From: Desulfomonilia bacterium
GTDB lineage: Bacteria; Desulfobacterota; Desulfomonilia; UBA1062
NCBI GenBank assembly: GCA_050014195.1
Contig: JBEKDT010000017.1
Span: 1 to 64,000 of the forward strand
DNA: 64,000 nucleotides
Direction: 5' to 3'
In this document: in pieces, positions 1 to 9,709 of the stretch
Layout: each line of letters begins with the position of its first letter
Numbering within the stretch: the stretch's first letter is position 1
Notes under the pieces: model-generated
Databases searched by the model: none
What the model saw: only the letters and a program-made list of their open reading frames with translations
What the model was told of the DNA's origin: nothing
Position numbers and translations under genes: made by a program

Positions 1-335
1 CAAAAATGGAGATATCTTCCCTTCTGAGCGTATATCGGACATATTAAAGGCAAAGAAGGGGATAATTCGACCCGTTTTCAGAGCGTTGGCTCTTTGTAAA
101 CAAGGGTTTCCGGATGGGCACTAATTAAGCAATCCACAATAAAGATCTGTTACTCATTGTTTTATTGATCACAATTAATGTCCCATTGAGTCGATAAATG
201 TCTAGGAGATTACAAGTATATAATCTGAATAGGCCTTTTCATAACAAACTGGATTATCTAGACTGTTTTGATGTCATTTATATTCTTGATCAGATATCCG
301 ATAAGATATAAACTAAATGAACTAGGAGCATATCC

Positions 336-2078
336 GTGAGAATAGCCGCCACTGTATCGATAGGTATAATCGGAATTATGCTTTTTGCCTGTGGTGGAGG
401 AGGAGGTGGAGGCTCTTCATCTTCGCCCACTTCATTCAGCATATCTGGTACAGTAAGCGGTGCTGTTTCATCCGACGTGTCCATGACCCTGAGTGGCACT
501 AGCTCAGGAACTGTAAAAACAGATGCAAGTGGAAACTATACATTCACTGGACTGGCGAACGGTTCTTACACTATCACCCCATCACTTTCAGGGTATGTAT
601 TCAATCCTGTCAGCGAGGCTGTTAAGATCAACGGAGCCAACATAACCTCAATTAATTTCATAGCTACAGCTAACACAAACCCAACCTATAATATCTCTGG
701 GACAGTGACAGTAAGTAGCGGAGGGGCATTACTGGGTGTGACAGCCACATTATCCGGCAATAATTCAGGAACGGGTACGACAGATGCAAGTGGCAACTAC
801 ACCTTCACTGGATTGACTAATGGATCTTACACGATAACCCCGTCTCTTAAAGGTTATACATTCAATCCTACCAGTATAGCAGTTGTGATTAATGGAGCCA
901 ATGCAACTTCCAATAACTTCACAGCAACACCTGCTCCAACTCCTTCAATCTCAACACAAGGCTCGTTAGATTTTGGGGTTGCTCTTATAGGCGGTTCTTC
1001 ATACCGACAATTACTAATATCGAATACTGGTTTAGGAACTCTTAACATCGGCCAGTTGTCACTGCCGACTGCTTCCTCATTTCATATTACCAAAGATTGT
1101 TCGGGTACGAGCATTCAATCGGGAGGAACCTGCAGTTTGACGCTGAGCTTGACTCCAAACAGTCAAAGCAATTTTAGTGACACGCTCACAATCCCTTCGA
1201 ATGACAGCACAAAAAATCCTCTTAGAGTTACTTTAACTGGTAAAGGACGCGCCCTGAATGCATTAATAAATGGAGTAACAACAGATGGTTCTGTGGTAAA
1301 GCTCCTTGTATCCGTATCAAAGGCGGCAGTCCCAGTTGTTGGATTAATAGACACTTGCTTCACGGTAAAAGAAAACGGTATTCAACAAACTATCAATAAA
1401 TTCATACATCCAATAACCACGCCTATTTCGATTGATCTAGTATTCGATTGTAGTAGTAGTATAAGTATTTCTTCTCAATCCTACATGCAAAATGCAGCCG
1501 ATTCCTTCGTTGCAAAACTGGTGAATGGTGTTGATGAAACTGAGGTGATTAAATTTGCGTTATCAATCGGCGCTAAAACCGATTTTACAACTGACCAAAG
1601 TGTCGTGTTAGCGGCCATTGATGCGCCATATCCAGGGGATACAGGGCTGACGCTTCTCTATGACAGTCTCATCGTCGCCATTGACGATACCGCCCTCCGG
1701 ACCAATAGCCGGCGCGCCATAATTGTATTCTCGGATGGCAACGATGAAGGATCTACCAATACCCTGACCGCTGTTATCGACCGGGCCATTCTAAAAAACG
1801 TCCCGATATTCACAATAACCTATACCAATACAACGTATCCATCAAAGCCCGAAGTCATGCAGCAACTGGCCCAGGAAACGGGAGGCGAGTTTTTCTTGAC
1901 CGCAAGCCCCTCCGAGGTGGCAGGTATTTATGATAAAATTTCACAAATCTTATCTCAGCAATATCTGATTGAGTATGTTTCCTCATCAACTGGCGGCGCC
2001 ACGATTTCTCTGGATGTTGAAGTTGATAACAATGGTGATCTTGGAGAAGCTTCAAAAGAAGCTACGGGCTGTTACTAA
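336..2078 (+). CDS. Surface lipoprotein with two Cna-B/carboxypeptidase-regulatory-like repeats, an Ig-like (ASH/choice-of-anchor D type) domain and a C-terminal VWA domain
   Basis: AGGAG RBS before GTG; lipobox LFAC then Gly/Ser linker; two 87-aa repeats containing TDASGNYTFTGLxNGSYTITPSL; MIDAS residues DCSSS...T...SDG. Confidence 0.8.
   Translation: MRIAATVSIGIIGIMLFACGGGGGGGSSSSPTSFSISGTVSGAVSSDVSMTLSGTSSGTVKTDASGNYTFTGLANGSYTITPSLSGYVFNPVSEAVKINGANITSINFIATANTNPTYNISGTVTVSSGGALLGVTATLSGNNSGTGTTDASGNYTFTGLTNGSYTITPSLKGYTFNPTSIAVVINGANATSNNFTATPAPTPSISTQGSLDFGVALIGGSSYRQLLISNTGLGTLNIGQLSLPTASSFHITKDCSGTSIQSGGTCSLTLSLTPNSQSNFSDTLTIPSNDSTKNPLRVTLTGKGRALNALINGVTTDGSVVKLLVSVSKAAVPVVGLIDTCFTVKENGIQQTINKFIHPITTPISIDLVFDCSSSISISSQSYMQNAADSFVAKLVNGVDETEVIKFALSIGAKTDFTTDQSVVLAAIDAPYPGDTGLTLLYDSLIVAIDDTALRTNSRRAIIVFSDGNDEGSTNTLTAVIDRAILKNVPIFTITYTNTTYPSKPEVMQQLAQETGGEFFLTASPSEVAGIYDKISQILSQQYLIEYVSSSTGGATISLDVEVDNNGDLGEASKEATGCY
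519..869 (+). repeat. Intragenic direct repeat, period 261 bp
   Basis: acagatgcaagtgg...ttcaatcct occurs at 519-608 and again at 780-869. Confidence 0.85.
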
Positions 2079-2493
2079 TAAGTGCATAATAGTGATGTCC
2101 TCAGAAGGGCTTGATTAGGCATTTCCCATAGCTCCAGATCCTTGTCTAATACGCACTTATATTAGTACGGTCATATAGAATAAAAGACGGTGACCTTACC
2201 CCCGAAAACTAGGCCATGTTCATGGCGAGTACAACTTGTGGACGACAACTCCATAGTACACATAACTAAAAGCACAATCCAATCTCACAAAAGCAGAGAT
2301 CTCTGCGATAGATACGTACTTTCTAAAGAGCTCAAAAACCGTTGATCTTGTGCCACCCACACGCTCTGATACAGAGCACCGTTCACCATAGATTTCAAAC
2401 TGAGATCATCAGTCTCTTGTCTTCTCTAAACATGGCGATATCGAAGAGATTTATGCCTTTGTGACATTGAAGTGTACGTATAGACCTTTATCC

Positions 2494-4413
2494 CTATTGT
2501 TCAAAGTATGGATAGCCCCTCAGCCCTTCTTCATACATGTTCATTATTTCCCGGCGTTCCTGGGGCGTGATCAGGTTTTCCCGGATGGCCTGTTCCGCCG
2601 TGGCCCTGAATTGTTTGGTCATGTTTTTCGGTTCGTATTCCACGTATGACAGAACATCGGCCACCGAATCCCCTTCGAGTTCCCTGACAAAGCTGTAGCT
2701 CCCGTCTTCGTGCACACGGATGCTCACCACATTGGTGTCGCCCATAAGATTGTGGAGGTCCCCCAGGGTCTCCTGATAAGCCCCCACCAGAAAGACGCCC
2801 AGGTAATAGTCCTCATTTTCCTTTACCGTATGCAGCGACAAGGCACGGCGGACACCCTGTTTGTCGATGAAATGATCGATTTTCCCATCGGAGTCGCAGG
2901 TGATATCCGCAAGGATGGCGTTTCTCTCCGGCATCTCATCCAGACGGTGCACCGGCATCACCGGGAAAAGATATCCAATGGCCCAGGAATCGGGCAGGGA
3001 CTGAAATACACTGAAATTGGCGTAATAGGTATCGCACAGGGCAGTATCGATATCTATCAGATCCTTGGGTACGACTTTCAGGTTTTTGACATTTTCGCTC
3101 AAGGCCTTGATGATGTTCCAGAATATCTTATCACCCAGGGCACGCTGCCTCATGGTCAGGTCTCCGATTTTGAACATCTGGCGGATCTCATCCCGGTAAT
3201 ACAGGGCGTCATTGTAACACTCCTGGAGATTCCGGACAGTCAACGATTTGAGTACCTCCAGCATGTTCAGGATGACGTCCGGGGTGTCTTCGGGCAATTC
3301 CTTGGGCACAGAATCCGTATCGATGGAACTGGTGTCGAAAATATTGAACAGCAGAACCGAGTAATAAGCCACGGTTGCCCGGCCGGATTCGGTGATGATG
3401 GTGGGGTGAGCGAGGTCGTGTTCATTCAGGATTTCCATGATGGCTTCGATTACGTCGGCGCAGTACTCATCCAGGGTATAGTTACGCGAGTTCAGGTAAT
3501 TGGTGTGGGAGCCGTCATAATCAACAGCTAAGCCGCCGCCCAGATCGAAATAACCCATGGGGGCGCCTTCGAGCACAAGGCCGGCATAAACCCGGCAGGC
3601 TTCCTGTATGGAGGCCCGGATATCCCGGATATTGGGGATCTGGGAGCCCAGATGATAGTGGAGAAGCTGGAGGCAGTCCAGCATATCGACTCTTTTGAGT
3701 TTCTCGATTGCTTCGATGATCTGAAAGAAAGTCAGGCCGAAAATACTCCGGTCTCCGCCGGATTCGGTCCAGTGCCCGCCTGCCTGGGTGGAAAGCTTTA
3801 AACGGACACCCAGAAGGGGTTTTATTCCCAGTGCCTTTGACCGTTCAAGGATAAGGTCCAGCTCTCCCGGCATTTCCAGCACAAAGAAACACTTGAATCC
3901 CATCTTGCAGGCATACAGCCCAAGATCGATGAATTCCCGGTCCTTGTAGCCATTGCATACCAGGCAGGCTTCCTTGTCATCCAGAAAGGACAGGGCCGCG
4001 ATCAGCTCGGCCTTGCTGCCGGCTTCGAGTCCGTGATGATAGAACTTGCCGATGCGGGTGATGGTTTCGATCACCTGTTTCTGCTGGTTCACTTTGATGG
4101 GGTAGACCCCCTTGAATTCCCCCTTGTAATCAAACTTGGCAATGGCGGAGCGGAAACTCTCATGCATTTGGATAATCTGGGAGTCAAGGATGTCTTCGAA
4201 ACGAAGGAGCATGGGCATGTCATACCCACGTGCTCTGATCCCGGATATGATTTCAGGAAGATTGACGGATACATCTTTTCTGTCTCGGAGAGGTGTGACC
4301 ACCACATCCCCTTTTTCAGAGATACTGAAGTATCCGGCTCCCCATTCCCGTATCTGGTACAGCTCAGCGGAATCTTCCACCGTCCATCGTTCCATAGTGT
4401 GTTTCAGGTTCAT
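2494..4413 (-). CDS. speA: Biosynthetic PLP-dependent arginine decarboxylase
   Basis: YPIKVNQ (PLP Lys), GLEAGSKAEL, HLGSQI, DLGGGL, TCDSDG and GAYQETLGDLHNL motifs; 639 aa. Confidence 0.96.
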   Translation of the reverse strand: MNLKHTMERWTVEDSAELYQIREWGAGYFSISEKGDVVVTPLRDRKDVSVNLPEIISGIRARGYDMPMLLRFEDILDSQIIQMHESFRSAIAKFDYKGEFKGVYPIKVNQQKQVIETITRIGKFYHHGLEAGSKAELIAALSFLDDKEACLVCNGYKDREFIDLGLYACKMGFKCFFVLEMPGELDLILERSKALGIKPLLGVRLKLSTQAGGHWTESGGDRSIFGLTFFQIIEAIEKLKRVDMLDCLQLLHYHLGSQIPNIRDIRASIQEACRVYAGLVLEGAPMGYFDLGGGLAVDYDGSHTNYLNSRNYTLDEYCADVIEAIMEILNEHDLAHPTIITESGRATVAYYSVLLFNIFDTSSIDTDSVPKELPEDTPDVILNMLEVLKSLTVRNLQECYNDALYYRDEIRQMFKIGDLTMRQRALGDKIFWNIIKALSENVKNLKVVPKDLIDIDTALCDTYYANFSVFQSLPDSWAIGYLFPVMPVHRLDEMPERNAILADITCDSDGKIDHFIDKQGVRRALSLHTVKENEDYYLGVFLVGAYQETLGDLHNLMGDTNVVSIRVHEDGSYSFVRELEGDSVADVLSYVEYEPKNMTKQFRATAEQAIRENLITPQERREIMNMYEEGLRGYPYFEQ

Positions 4414-4453
4414 AGGTTGCTCCCGTTCTCAATAAAGCCAAGATTTTTTTATT

Positions 4454-5620
4454 TTACCCGAGTCTGCCTTTGAAATCATCGTACCCGAACCGGCGCACGA
4501 CCTCGTAGCGGCCGTCTTCGTGCAGCACTGCGAGATCGGGCAGGGGTGTGCCGTTGAAGGTGTTGTTCTTCACGAAGCTGTACTGGAGCATATCGCCGAA
4601 CACGAGCCTGTCGCCGATCTTCAGGGGCTTTTCGAAGGAGTATTCGCCGATAATGTCGCCGGTCATGCAGGTATTTCCGGCCAGGATGCAGGTGTAGGGC
4701 AGCACTCCGGGCTCGGCTGCGCCGAACAGGGGAGGGGTGTAGGGCACCTCCAGTACGTCGGGCATGTGGCAAGAAGCCGAGGTGTCCAGGACGGCGATGT
4801 CCGTCTCGTTGTGCACGATATCGAGCACCGTGGCAACCAGAAAACCGGCGTCCACTACCAGTCCGCTCCCGGGTTCCAGGATGACCTCCACATGGAAGGC
4901 GGCGCGGAAATCCCGAACCGCTTTGATAAGGGCCTGAACGTCATATCCAGATTTATTGATGAAATGCCCCCCGCCGAAGTTGACTGCCTTGACACGCCTG
5001 ATGTACGGACCGAATTCTTCGGCGATATGGCTGATGAGTCCCACGGACCCGTCAGCAAGTGCTTCGCATAGGGCGTGGGCGTGCAGGATATCGATCTCGT
5101 CCCATGGAAGCTTATCGAGTTCTGCACGGACGACGCCGAAGCGGGAGCCTGGTGAACAAGGGTCATAGAGATGACCGCCCAGCGTTGCCTTTGAATAGCC
5201 GGGGTTGATACGGATGCCGACCTTCTTGTCCGCTCCTGCGGCCCTCACCCTGGGAAGAAAACGTCGGATCTGGTCATGGGAATTGAAGTAGATGTGATCG
5301 CTGATCTTTAATAGTTCACGAAGACTGTCTTCAGTATAGGCCGGTGCATAGACATGCACTTCCTTGCCGAAGATCTCTTTCCCGAGCCGTGCTTCAAAAA
5401 GGCCGCTCGCCGTGGTACCGTCGAGGGAGTCCTTCATGACAGGGAACACGGCGGGCAGGGCGAACGACTTGGTTGCCAGGAGAATCTTGCATCCGGTCTC
5501 TTTTCGTATATGCGCAGCCATAACCATGTTCTTCTTGAGTAGAGCCATGTCCACTACGTAGGCTGGTGTGGTGATCTTGGAGAGTGCTGCCTGGAGAAGA
5601 GGTGGCAGGGCCGTGCTCAT
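4454..5620 (-). CDS. nspC: Carboxynorspermidine/carboxyspermidine decarboxylase
   Basis: TPAYVVD, LLATKSF, ASGLFEARLG, HALCE, NFGGGH, HMPDVLEVPY and FNGTPLP motifs; start moved to ATG 5620, which follows a GGGGAG RBS. Confidence 0.92.
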   Translation of the reverse strand: MSTALPPLLQAALSKITTPAYVVDMALLKKNMVMAAHIRKETGCKILLATKSFALPAVFPVMKDSLDGTTASGLFEARLGKEIFGKEVHVYAPAYTEDSLRELLKISDHIYFNSHDQIRRFLPRVRAAGADKKVGIRINPGYSKATLGGHLYDPCSPGSRFGVVRAELDKLPWDEIDILHAHALCEALADGSVGLISHIAEEFGPYIRRVKAVNFGGGHFINKSGYDVQALIKAVRDFRAAFHVEVILEPGSGLVVDAGFLVATVLDIVHNETDIAVLDTSASCHMPDVLEVPYTPPLFGAAEPGVLPYTCILAGNTCMTGDIIGEYSFEKPLKIGDRLVFGDMLQYSFVKNNTFNGTPLPDLAVLHEDGRYEVVRRFGYDDFKGRLG

Positions 5621-5673
5621 AATGATGCTCCCCTGAAGCGCGCAGTATAACTCGGGGTGAAGAGCCATGAATA

Positions 5674-5744
5674 TGTCATTCCCGCGGAGGCGGGAATCCA
5701 GGGGATATAAAAATTCCTGGGTCCCCGCTTTCGCGAGGACGACA
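5674..5744. repeat. GTCATTCCCGC-type palindromic element (RPE/dRS3-like)
   Basis: tgtcattcccgcggaggcgggaatccagg pairs imperfectly with cctgggtccccgctttcgcgaggacgaca. Confidence 0.75.
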
Positions 5745-5801
5745 GATATAATTCCTGTTTGCTGAAGCCCCCTGGAAAGGCTGTGCTGCAGTCTGGAATC
5801 A

Positions 5802-5882
5802 TGCCATTACGAACGGATGTGAGGAATCTTGGAATGCTCAAAATAGTGCTCATCAAGATTTCTCCCTTCGGTCGAAATGATA
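5802..5882. repeat. Second, degenerate GTCATT-family palindromic element
   Basis: gccattacgaacggatgtgaggaatctt ... aagatttctcccttcggtcgaaatgata. Confidence 0.5.
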
Positions 5883-5902
5883 TAAATCGTGTTGCGACAG
5901 AC

Positions 5903-7114
5903 TCACTTAATGGCAGCGAGTTCCTCATACGCATCCGTACTAAGCTTTTCCGCATGCCAGGGCAGACCCTGCCGGGCGACCTCTTCAAGGAAAGGCTCGG
6001 GGTCAAGCTGCTCGACATTGAACACGCCGTGTCCGATCCAGATCCCTTTCATCATCATCATGGCCCCGGTCATGGCCGGTACGCCGGTGGTGTAGGACAC
6101 GGCCTGGGCGTTCAGCTCGCGGTTGGTTTCGGCATGGTCGCACACATTGTAGAGGATGTACGAAGTCTGCTTGCCGTCTTTCACACCCCGCATAATACAC
6201 CCGATGGATGTCTTCCCTGTGTAGTTCTCGGCCAGGGAGGACGGTTCTGGGAGAAGGTGCTTGAGGAACTGCAGGGGGATGATCTCTACGCCGTTGTACA
6301 TGACCGGGTCGATCCTCGTCATGCCGACATTCTGGAGGACTTCCAGGTGCTTGAGGTAGTTGTCCGAAAAGGTCATCCAGAAGCGGATCTGCTTGAGGCC
6401 TTTTATGTTATTGATCAGGGACTCCTCTTCTTCGTGGTAAATCAGATAGGATTTGCGCGGACCCACGTGCGGGTAATCGATCATGCAGGAGATGCTTAAA
6501 GGGTCGATCTCGATCCATTTGCCTTCTTTCCAGAACTTGCCACGCTGTGTTACTTCCCGGATGTTGATCTCAGGATTGAAGTTGGTGGCAAAGGCCTTGC
6601 CGTGGCTGCCGTCGTTGCAGTCGATGATGTCGATGGTGTCGATCTCATCAAACAGCAAATTCTGTGCATACGCGCAGTAGATGCTGATCACCCCCGGGTC
6701 AAAACCGCAGCCTAAGACCGCCATAATGCCTTTGTCGCGGAAGCGGTCCTGATAAGCCCATTGCCACGTGTAACTGAATTTGGCCTCGTCCTTGGGTTCA
6801 TAATTGGCGGTGTCCAGATAATGTACGCCCGTGGCAAGACAGGCATCCATGATAGGCAGATCCTGATACGGCAGGGCCATGTTAACCACCACATCGGGCC
6901 TGACCTCTTCGATGAGGTGGATAACCTGGGACGCATCGTCCGCATCAACCTGGGAGACGGTGATGGGGGATACGCATTCCTTCTGGATCTTGATGCATTT
7001 GTCATAAGTCCTGGAAGCAAGGTGGATCTTCTTAAAGACGCCTCGGTTCATGGCGCATTTCTTGGCCGCTACCGACCCGGCGGCTCCGGCGCCGATGATG
7101 AGAATGTTGTCCAT
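5903..7114 (-). CDS. Carboxy(nor)spermidine dehydrogenase/synthase (saccharopine dehydrogenase family)
   Basis: IIGAGAAG Rossmann motif, ALPYQDLPIMDACL, YLDTANYEP, GCGFDPG and FATNFNPEINIRE; directly upstream of nspC. Confidence 0.92.
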   Translation of the reverse strand: MDNILIIGAGAAGSVAAKKCAMNRGVFKKIHLASRTYDKCIKIQKECVSPITVSQVDADDASQVIHLIEEVRPDVVVNMALPYQDLPIMDACLATGVHYLDTANYEPKDEAKFSYTWQWAYQDRFRDKGIMAVLGCGFDPGVISIYCAYAQNLLFDEIDTIDIIDCNDGSHGKAFATNFNPEINIREVTQRGKFWKEGKWIEIDPLSISCMIDYPHVGPRKSYLIYHEEEESLINNIKGLKQIRFWMTFSDNYLKHLEVLQNVGMTRIDPVMYNGVEIIPLQFLKHLLPEPSSLAENYTGKTSIGCIMRGVKDGKQTSYILYNVCDHAETNRELNAQAVSYTTGVPAMTGAMMMMKGIWIGHGVFNVEQLDPEPFLEEVARQGLPWHAEKLSTDAYEELAAIK

Positions 7115-7133
7115 GGCTGTGCTCCTATTTGTT

Positions 7134-7961
7134 TTAACTTCTTGCTTTCAACGTGCGGTCAAGGGTTATGAGGCATTCGCGGACCACCTTTGCAGCCACC
7201 ACGGCCGAGACGCCCGTGGGGTCGAGCTGTGGTGCGAGCTCTACTACGTCAAGGCCCACGATGTGCTGTCTCGTTAGGATGGAGGTCAGGATGTTCACGA
7301 GCTCCGGGAACATAAGGCCGCCGGGTTCGGGAGTGCCGGTGCCCGGCAGGACTGACGGGTCCAGAATGTCGAGGTCGCAGTTGAGGTAGCACGGCCTTGT
7401 TCCGGCCCTTAGTGCGATCTGTTCGGGAATGGACTGCAGCTTGACGGCAATTTCATGCTCCTGCTTGGTGCATGATCTAATGCCGATCTGCAGGATGCCC
7501 TCAGGCCCCAGTAGGTCCATCACCCGGCGCATGACGGTGGCGTGGGAGAGCTTCATGCCCAGGTAGTCGTCCCGCAGATCCGCATGGGCGTCCAGGTGGA
7601 TGACCAGCAGGTCCGGAAATTTCTTTTTCACTGCGCTGATTGTCCCCAGGCTCACCAGGTGTTCTCCACCAAGGAGAAATGGGGTCTTGCCATGAGAGAG
7701 AATCTCTCCTGTGAGCTCTTCGATTAGCGTTAACGCAGGAGTCGGGTCGCCGAAAGGGAGCTCCAGGTCGCCCTTATCCATAAAGGAACAGTCTTCCAGG
7801 TCACTATTCAGTGCTGGAGAGAAGGTCTCCAGCCCGTAAGACGCCTCACGGATGGCGCCGGGCCCGAAGCGCGACCCGGGCCGGAAGCTTGTTGTGGAAT
7901 CGAACGGAGCGCCGAAGAGGCATATCCTCCCGTCGGGTTGCGCAGCCATGTAGGTATTCAT
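7134..7961 (-). CDS. speB: Agmatinase
   Basis: PFDSTTSFRPGSRFGP, GGEH, DAHADLRD, DLDILDPS and GTGTPEPGG; probable start ATG 7961. Confidence 0.9.
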   Translation of the reverse strand: MNTYMAAQPDGRICLFGAPFDSTTSFRPGSRFGPGAIREASYGLETFSPALNSDLEDCSFMDKGDLELPFGDPTPALTLIEELTGEILSHGKTPFLLGGEHLVSLGTISAVKKKFPDLLVIHLDAHADLRDDYLGMKLSHATVMRRVMDLLGPEGILQIGIRSCTKQEHEIAVKLQSIPEQIALRAGTRPCYLNCDLDILDPSVLPGTGTPEPGGLMFPELVNILTSILTRQHIVGLDVVELAPQLDPTGVSAVVAAKVVRECLITLDRTLKARS

Positions 7962-8021
7962 AGTGTGCTTTAAGTTTCCCCATCCGAGGGTGTTACTCAT
8001 GGAGCAGCTCATGCCTATGGA

Positions 8022-8118
8022 TCAGTCCCAGAGCACCACCGCAGCAAACGCGGCGCCGCACTCGTTGACGGCATGCTCGGTATGTGATGAAATAGGTGGT
8101 AGGTGTCTTGATAATCAT
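8022..8118 (-). pseudogene. pdaD: Internally deleted pyruvoyl-dependent arginine decarboxylase remnant
   Basis: MIIKTPTTYFIT is joined out of frame to TEHAVNECGAAFAAVVLWD*. Both pieces resemble the termini of PvlArgDC, and the remnant lies inside a polyamine operon. Confidence 0.72.
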
Positions 8119-8141
8119 GTATCTCACGCCCTTCTTGTTCT

Positions 8142-8684
8142 TTAGAAGCTCGGCGGGGCAGAGATCCATAGGATCTTTGCCGTTTTATCCGACTTGTTCT
8201 CAATCCAGTGCTTCTTGTTTGCAGTGTAATAAAAGGAATCGCCTGCCGAGGCCCTGAAAGTATCCTTGCCCACGCTGATGATGATTTTGCCCATCAGGAC
8301 GAACCCGGATTCGTCGCCGTTGTGTGCCCTTTCCTGGTAGGTGCATGCCCCGGGTGAGAGTGTAACCAGGAGGATATCCATTTCCCGGTCCTGGGCACCT
8401 GCAATAAGCACTTCACGTCTGACGCCCGACTCTTCTTCATCTTCAATGCTGACCCGCTGTTTGCGGTTGAACACCACAACGTTCTGGCCCTCCTCTGCGA
8501 AGAATTCGCCGGCATCGGTATCCAATGCATTCAGGATGAGCTCCAAGGTGTCCAGAGAAGGAGACTGGAGATCGCGCTCTAAAAGCGATATGAACCCTTT
8601 TGTGAGGTCGGCCCTGTTGGCAAGTTCTTCCTGGGTAAGACCTTGGGCCAGCCTCAGGTTCTTGATCTTCTCCCCTATGTTCAC
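8142..8684 (-). CDS. XRE-family HTH plus cupin transcriptional regulator (PuuR/PotR-like)
   Basis: IGEKIKNLRLAQGLTQEELANRADLTKGFISLLERDLQSPS HTH; cupin motifs HNGDESGFVLMG and GDSFYY..H. Confidence 0.9.
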   Translation of the reverse strand: MNIGEKIKNLRLAQGLTQEELANRADLTKGFISLLERDLQSPSLDTLELILNALDTDAGEFFAEEGQNVVVFNRKQRVSIEDEEESGVRREVLIAGAQDREMDILLVTLSPGACTYQERAHNGDESGFVLMGKIIISVGKDTFRASAGDSFYYTANKKHWIENKSDKTAKILWISAPPSF

Positions 8685-8815
8685 ATCTCTCTCCCAAGCC
8701 TACTAAAGTGTGTCAAGGAGTTTATTGTAGTAAACAAATTCAACGCGATTCATTATGATAAATGAACCCCTCTGTCAAGAAAAAATTTGAGGGGGTTGAG
8801 GGTGGTGGAAAAAGA

Positions 8816-9586
8816 CTATAATGCTTTGAATTGGTTTTTGACTCTATCGATGCGGCTCACGGGACGGTAAGGGTCGTGTTCATAGACGAGCTGCCATCCT
8901 TTACGGAAGGCTTCATTGAGGATCTTTTTCTTTGTCTCTAAGATCTCCAAGGGATAGAGGTCGTAAGCCATTATGCAGGGCAGGTGCACATGAGCGGCAG
9001 TAGGGATGAGGTCTCCCGGATAGAGTACCTCATCGTCGATGAGGACGCTCATGTGCCCCCGTGTGTGTCCCGGAGTCGCCAGGACTTGAATGCCCTCGGC
9101 TACGGTGCAGGGCGGATCCACCAAGTGCAACTTTTTGCCGAGAAGATCAAGGTCGGCTTTGCGGTAACCCCCCTTGCTCAAGGGGCTCTCGTCGTGGGCG
9201 TCTTCCCATTCCGGGCGAGAGATGATCACCTCGGAAAGAACAGTCATATCCTGGATACCGCCACAGTGGTCAAAGTGGAGATGTGTGCAGATAAGACAGT
9301 CCACCGGTTCTTTGATGAGCCGAACCTGATCAAGGCTGGTGCCGAGGATTTCCCAATCTTTTTTCGTGTAGAGCGACCCAAGGCCGGTATCCACAAGAAA
9401 GAATTTTCCGCCCTTGTGGATTCTAAGGATATTGGTGGCCATGATAATGCGGTTCAGATCATCGGGCGGGAACCACTGCTCCCACATGACCTTGGGTACC
9501 CGGCCGAACATGGTGCCGCCATCCAGCAGAAAGTTGCCGCATTTGATGATCTCAATCGTTGTACCGTGCTTGGTCGTGATTGTCAT
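8816..9586 (-). CDS. MBL-fold metallo-hydrolase
   Basis: LDGGTMFGRVPK, THLHFDHCGG (HxHxDH), TPGHTRGH and GDLIPT; probable start ATG 9586. Confidence 0.88.
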   Translation of the reverse strand: MTITTKHGTTIEIIKCGNFLLDGGTMFGRVPKVMWEQWFPPDDLNRIIMATNILRIHKGGKFFLVDTGLGSLYTKKDWEILGTSLDQVRLIKEPVDCLICTHLHFDHCGGIQDMTVLSEVIISRPEWEDAHDESPLSKGGYRKADLDLLGKKLHLVDPPCTVAEGIQVLATPGHTRGHMSVLIDDEVLYPGDLIPTAAHVHLPCIMAYDLYPLEILETKKKILNEAFRKGWQLVYEHDPYRPVSRIDRVKNQFKAL

Positions 9587-9709
9587 ATCCACACGTGTGC
9601 CCCTATCATGCTGCGGGGTAAATTGTAAAGATAGGGAACCCATGAGAAGATATCTGGCACGGCATTGTTTTTCGCCTGGGTATACCTTATACATGGTGAA
9701 GAAATCGCT

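Noticed and set aside
2-124. Open frame running in from the left edge (KNGDIFPSER...DGH*)
   Set aside because: Short, with no recognisable motif; cannot be told apart from chance.
2191-2216. tgaccttacccccgaaaactaggcca, and tgaactgagcccaggaaaatagagaca near 59802, resemble IS3-family ends
   Set aside because: Single short ends with no partner repeat or transposase; too weak to call.
2710-3531. Long antisense ORFs (also 5759-6499, 10850-11695, 14140-14835, 44790-45548)
   Set aside because: Shadow frames opposite well-supported conserved genes.
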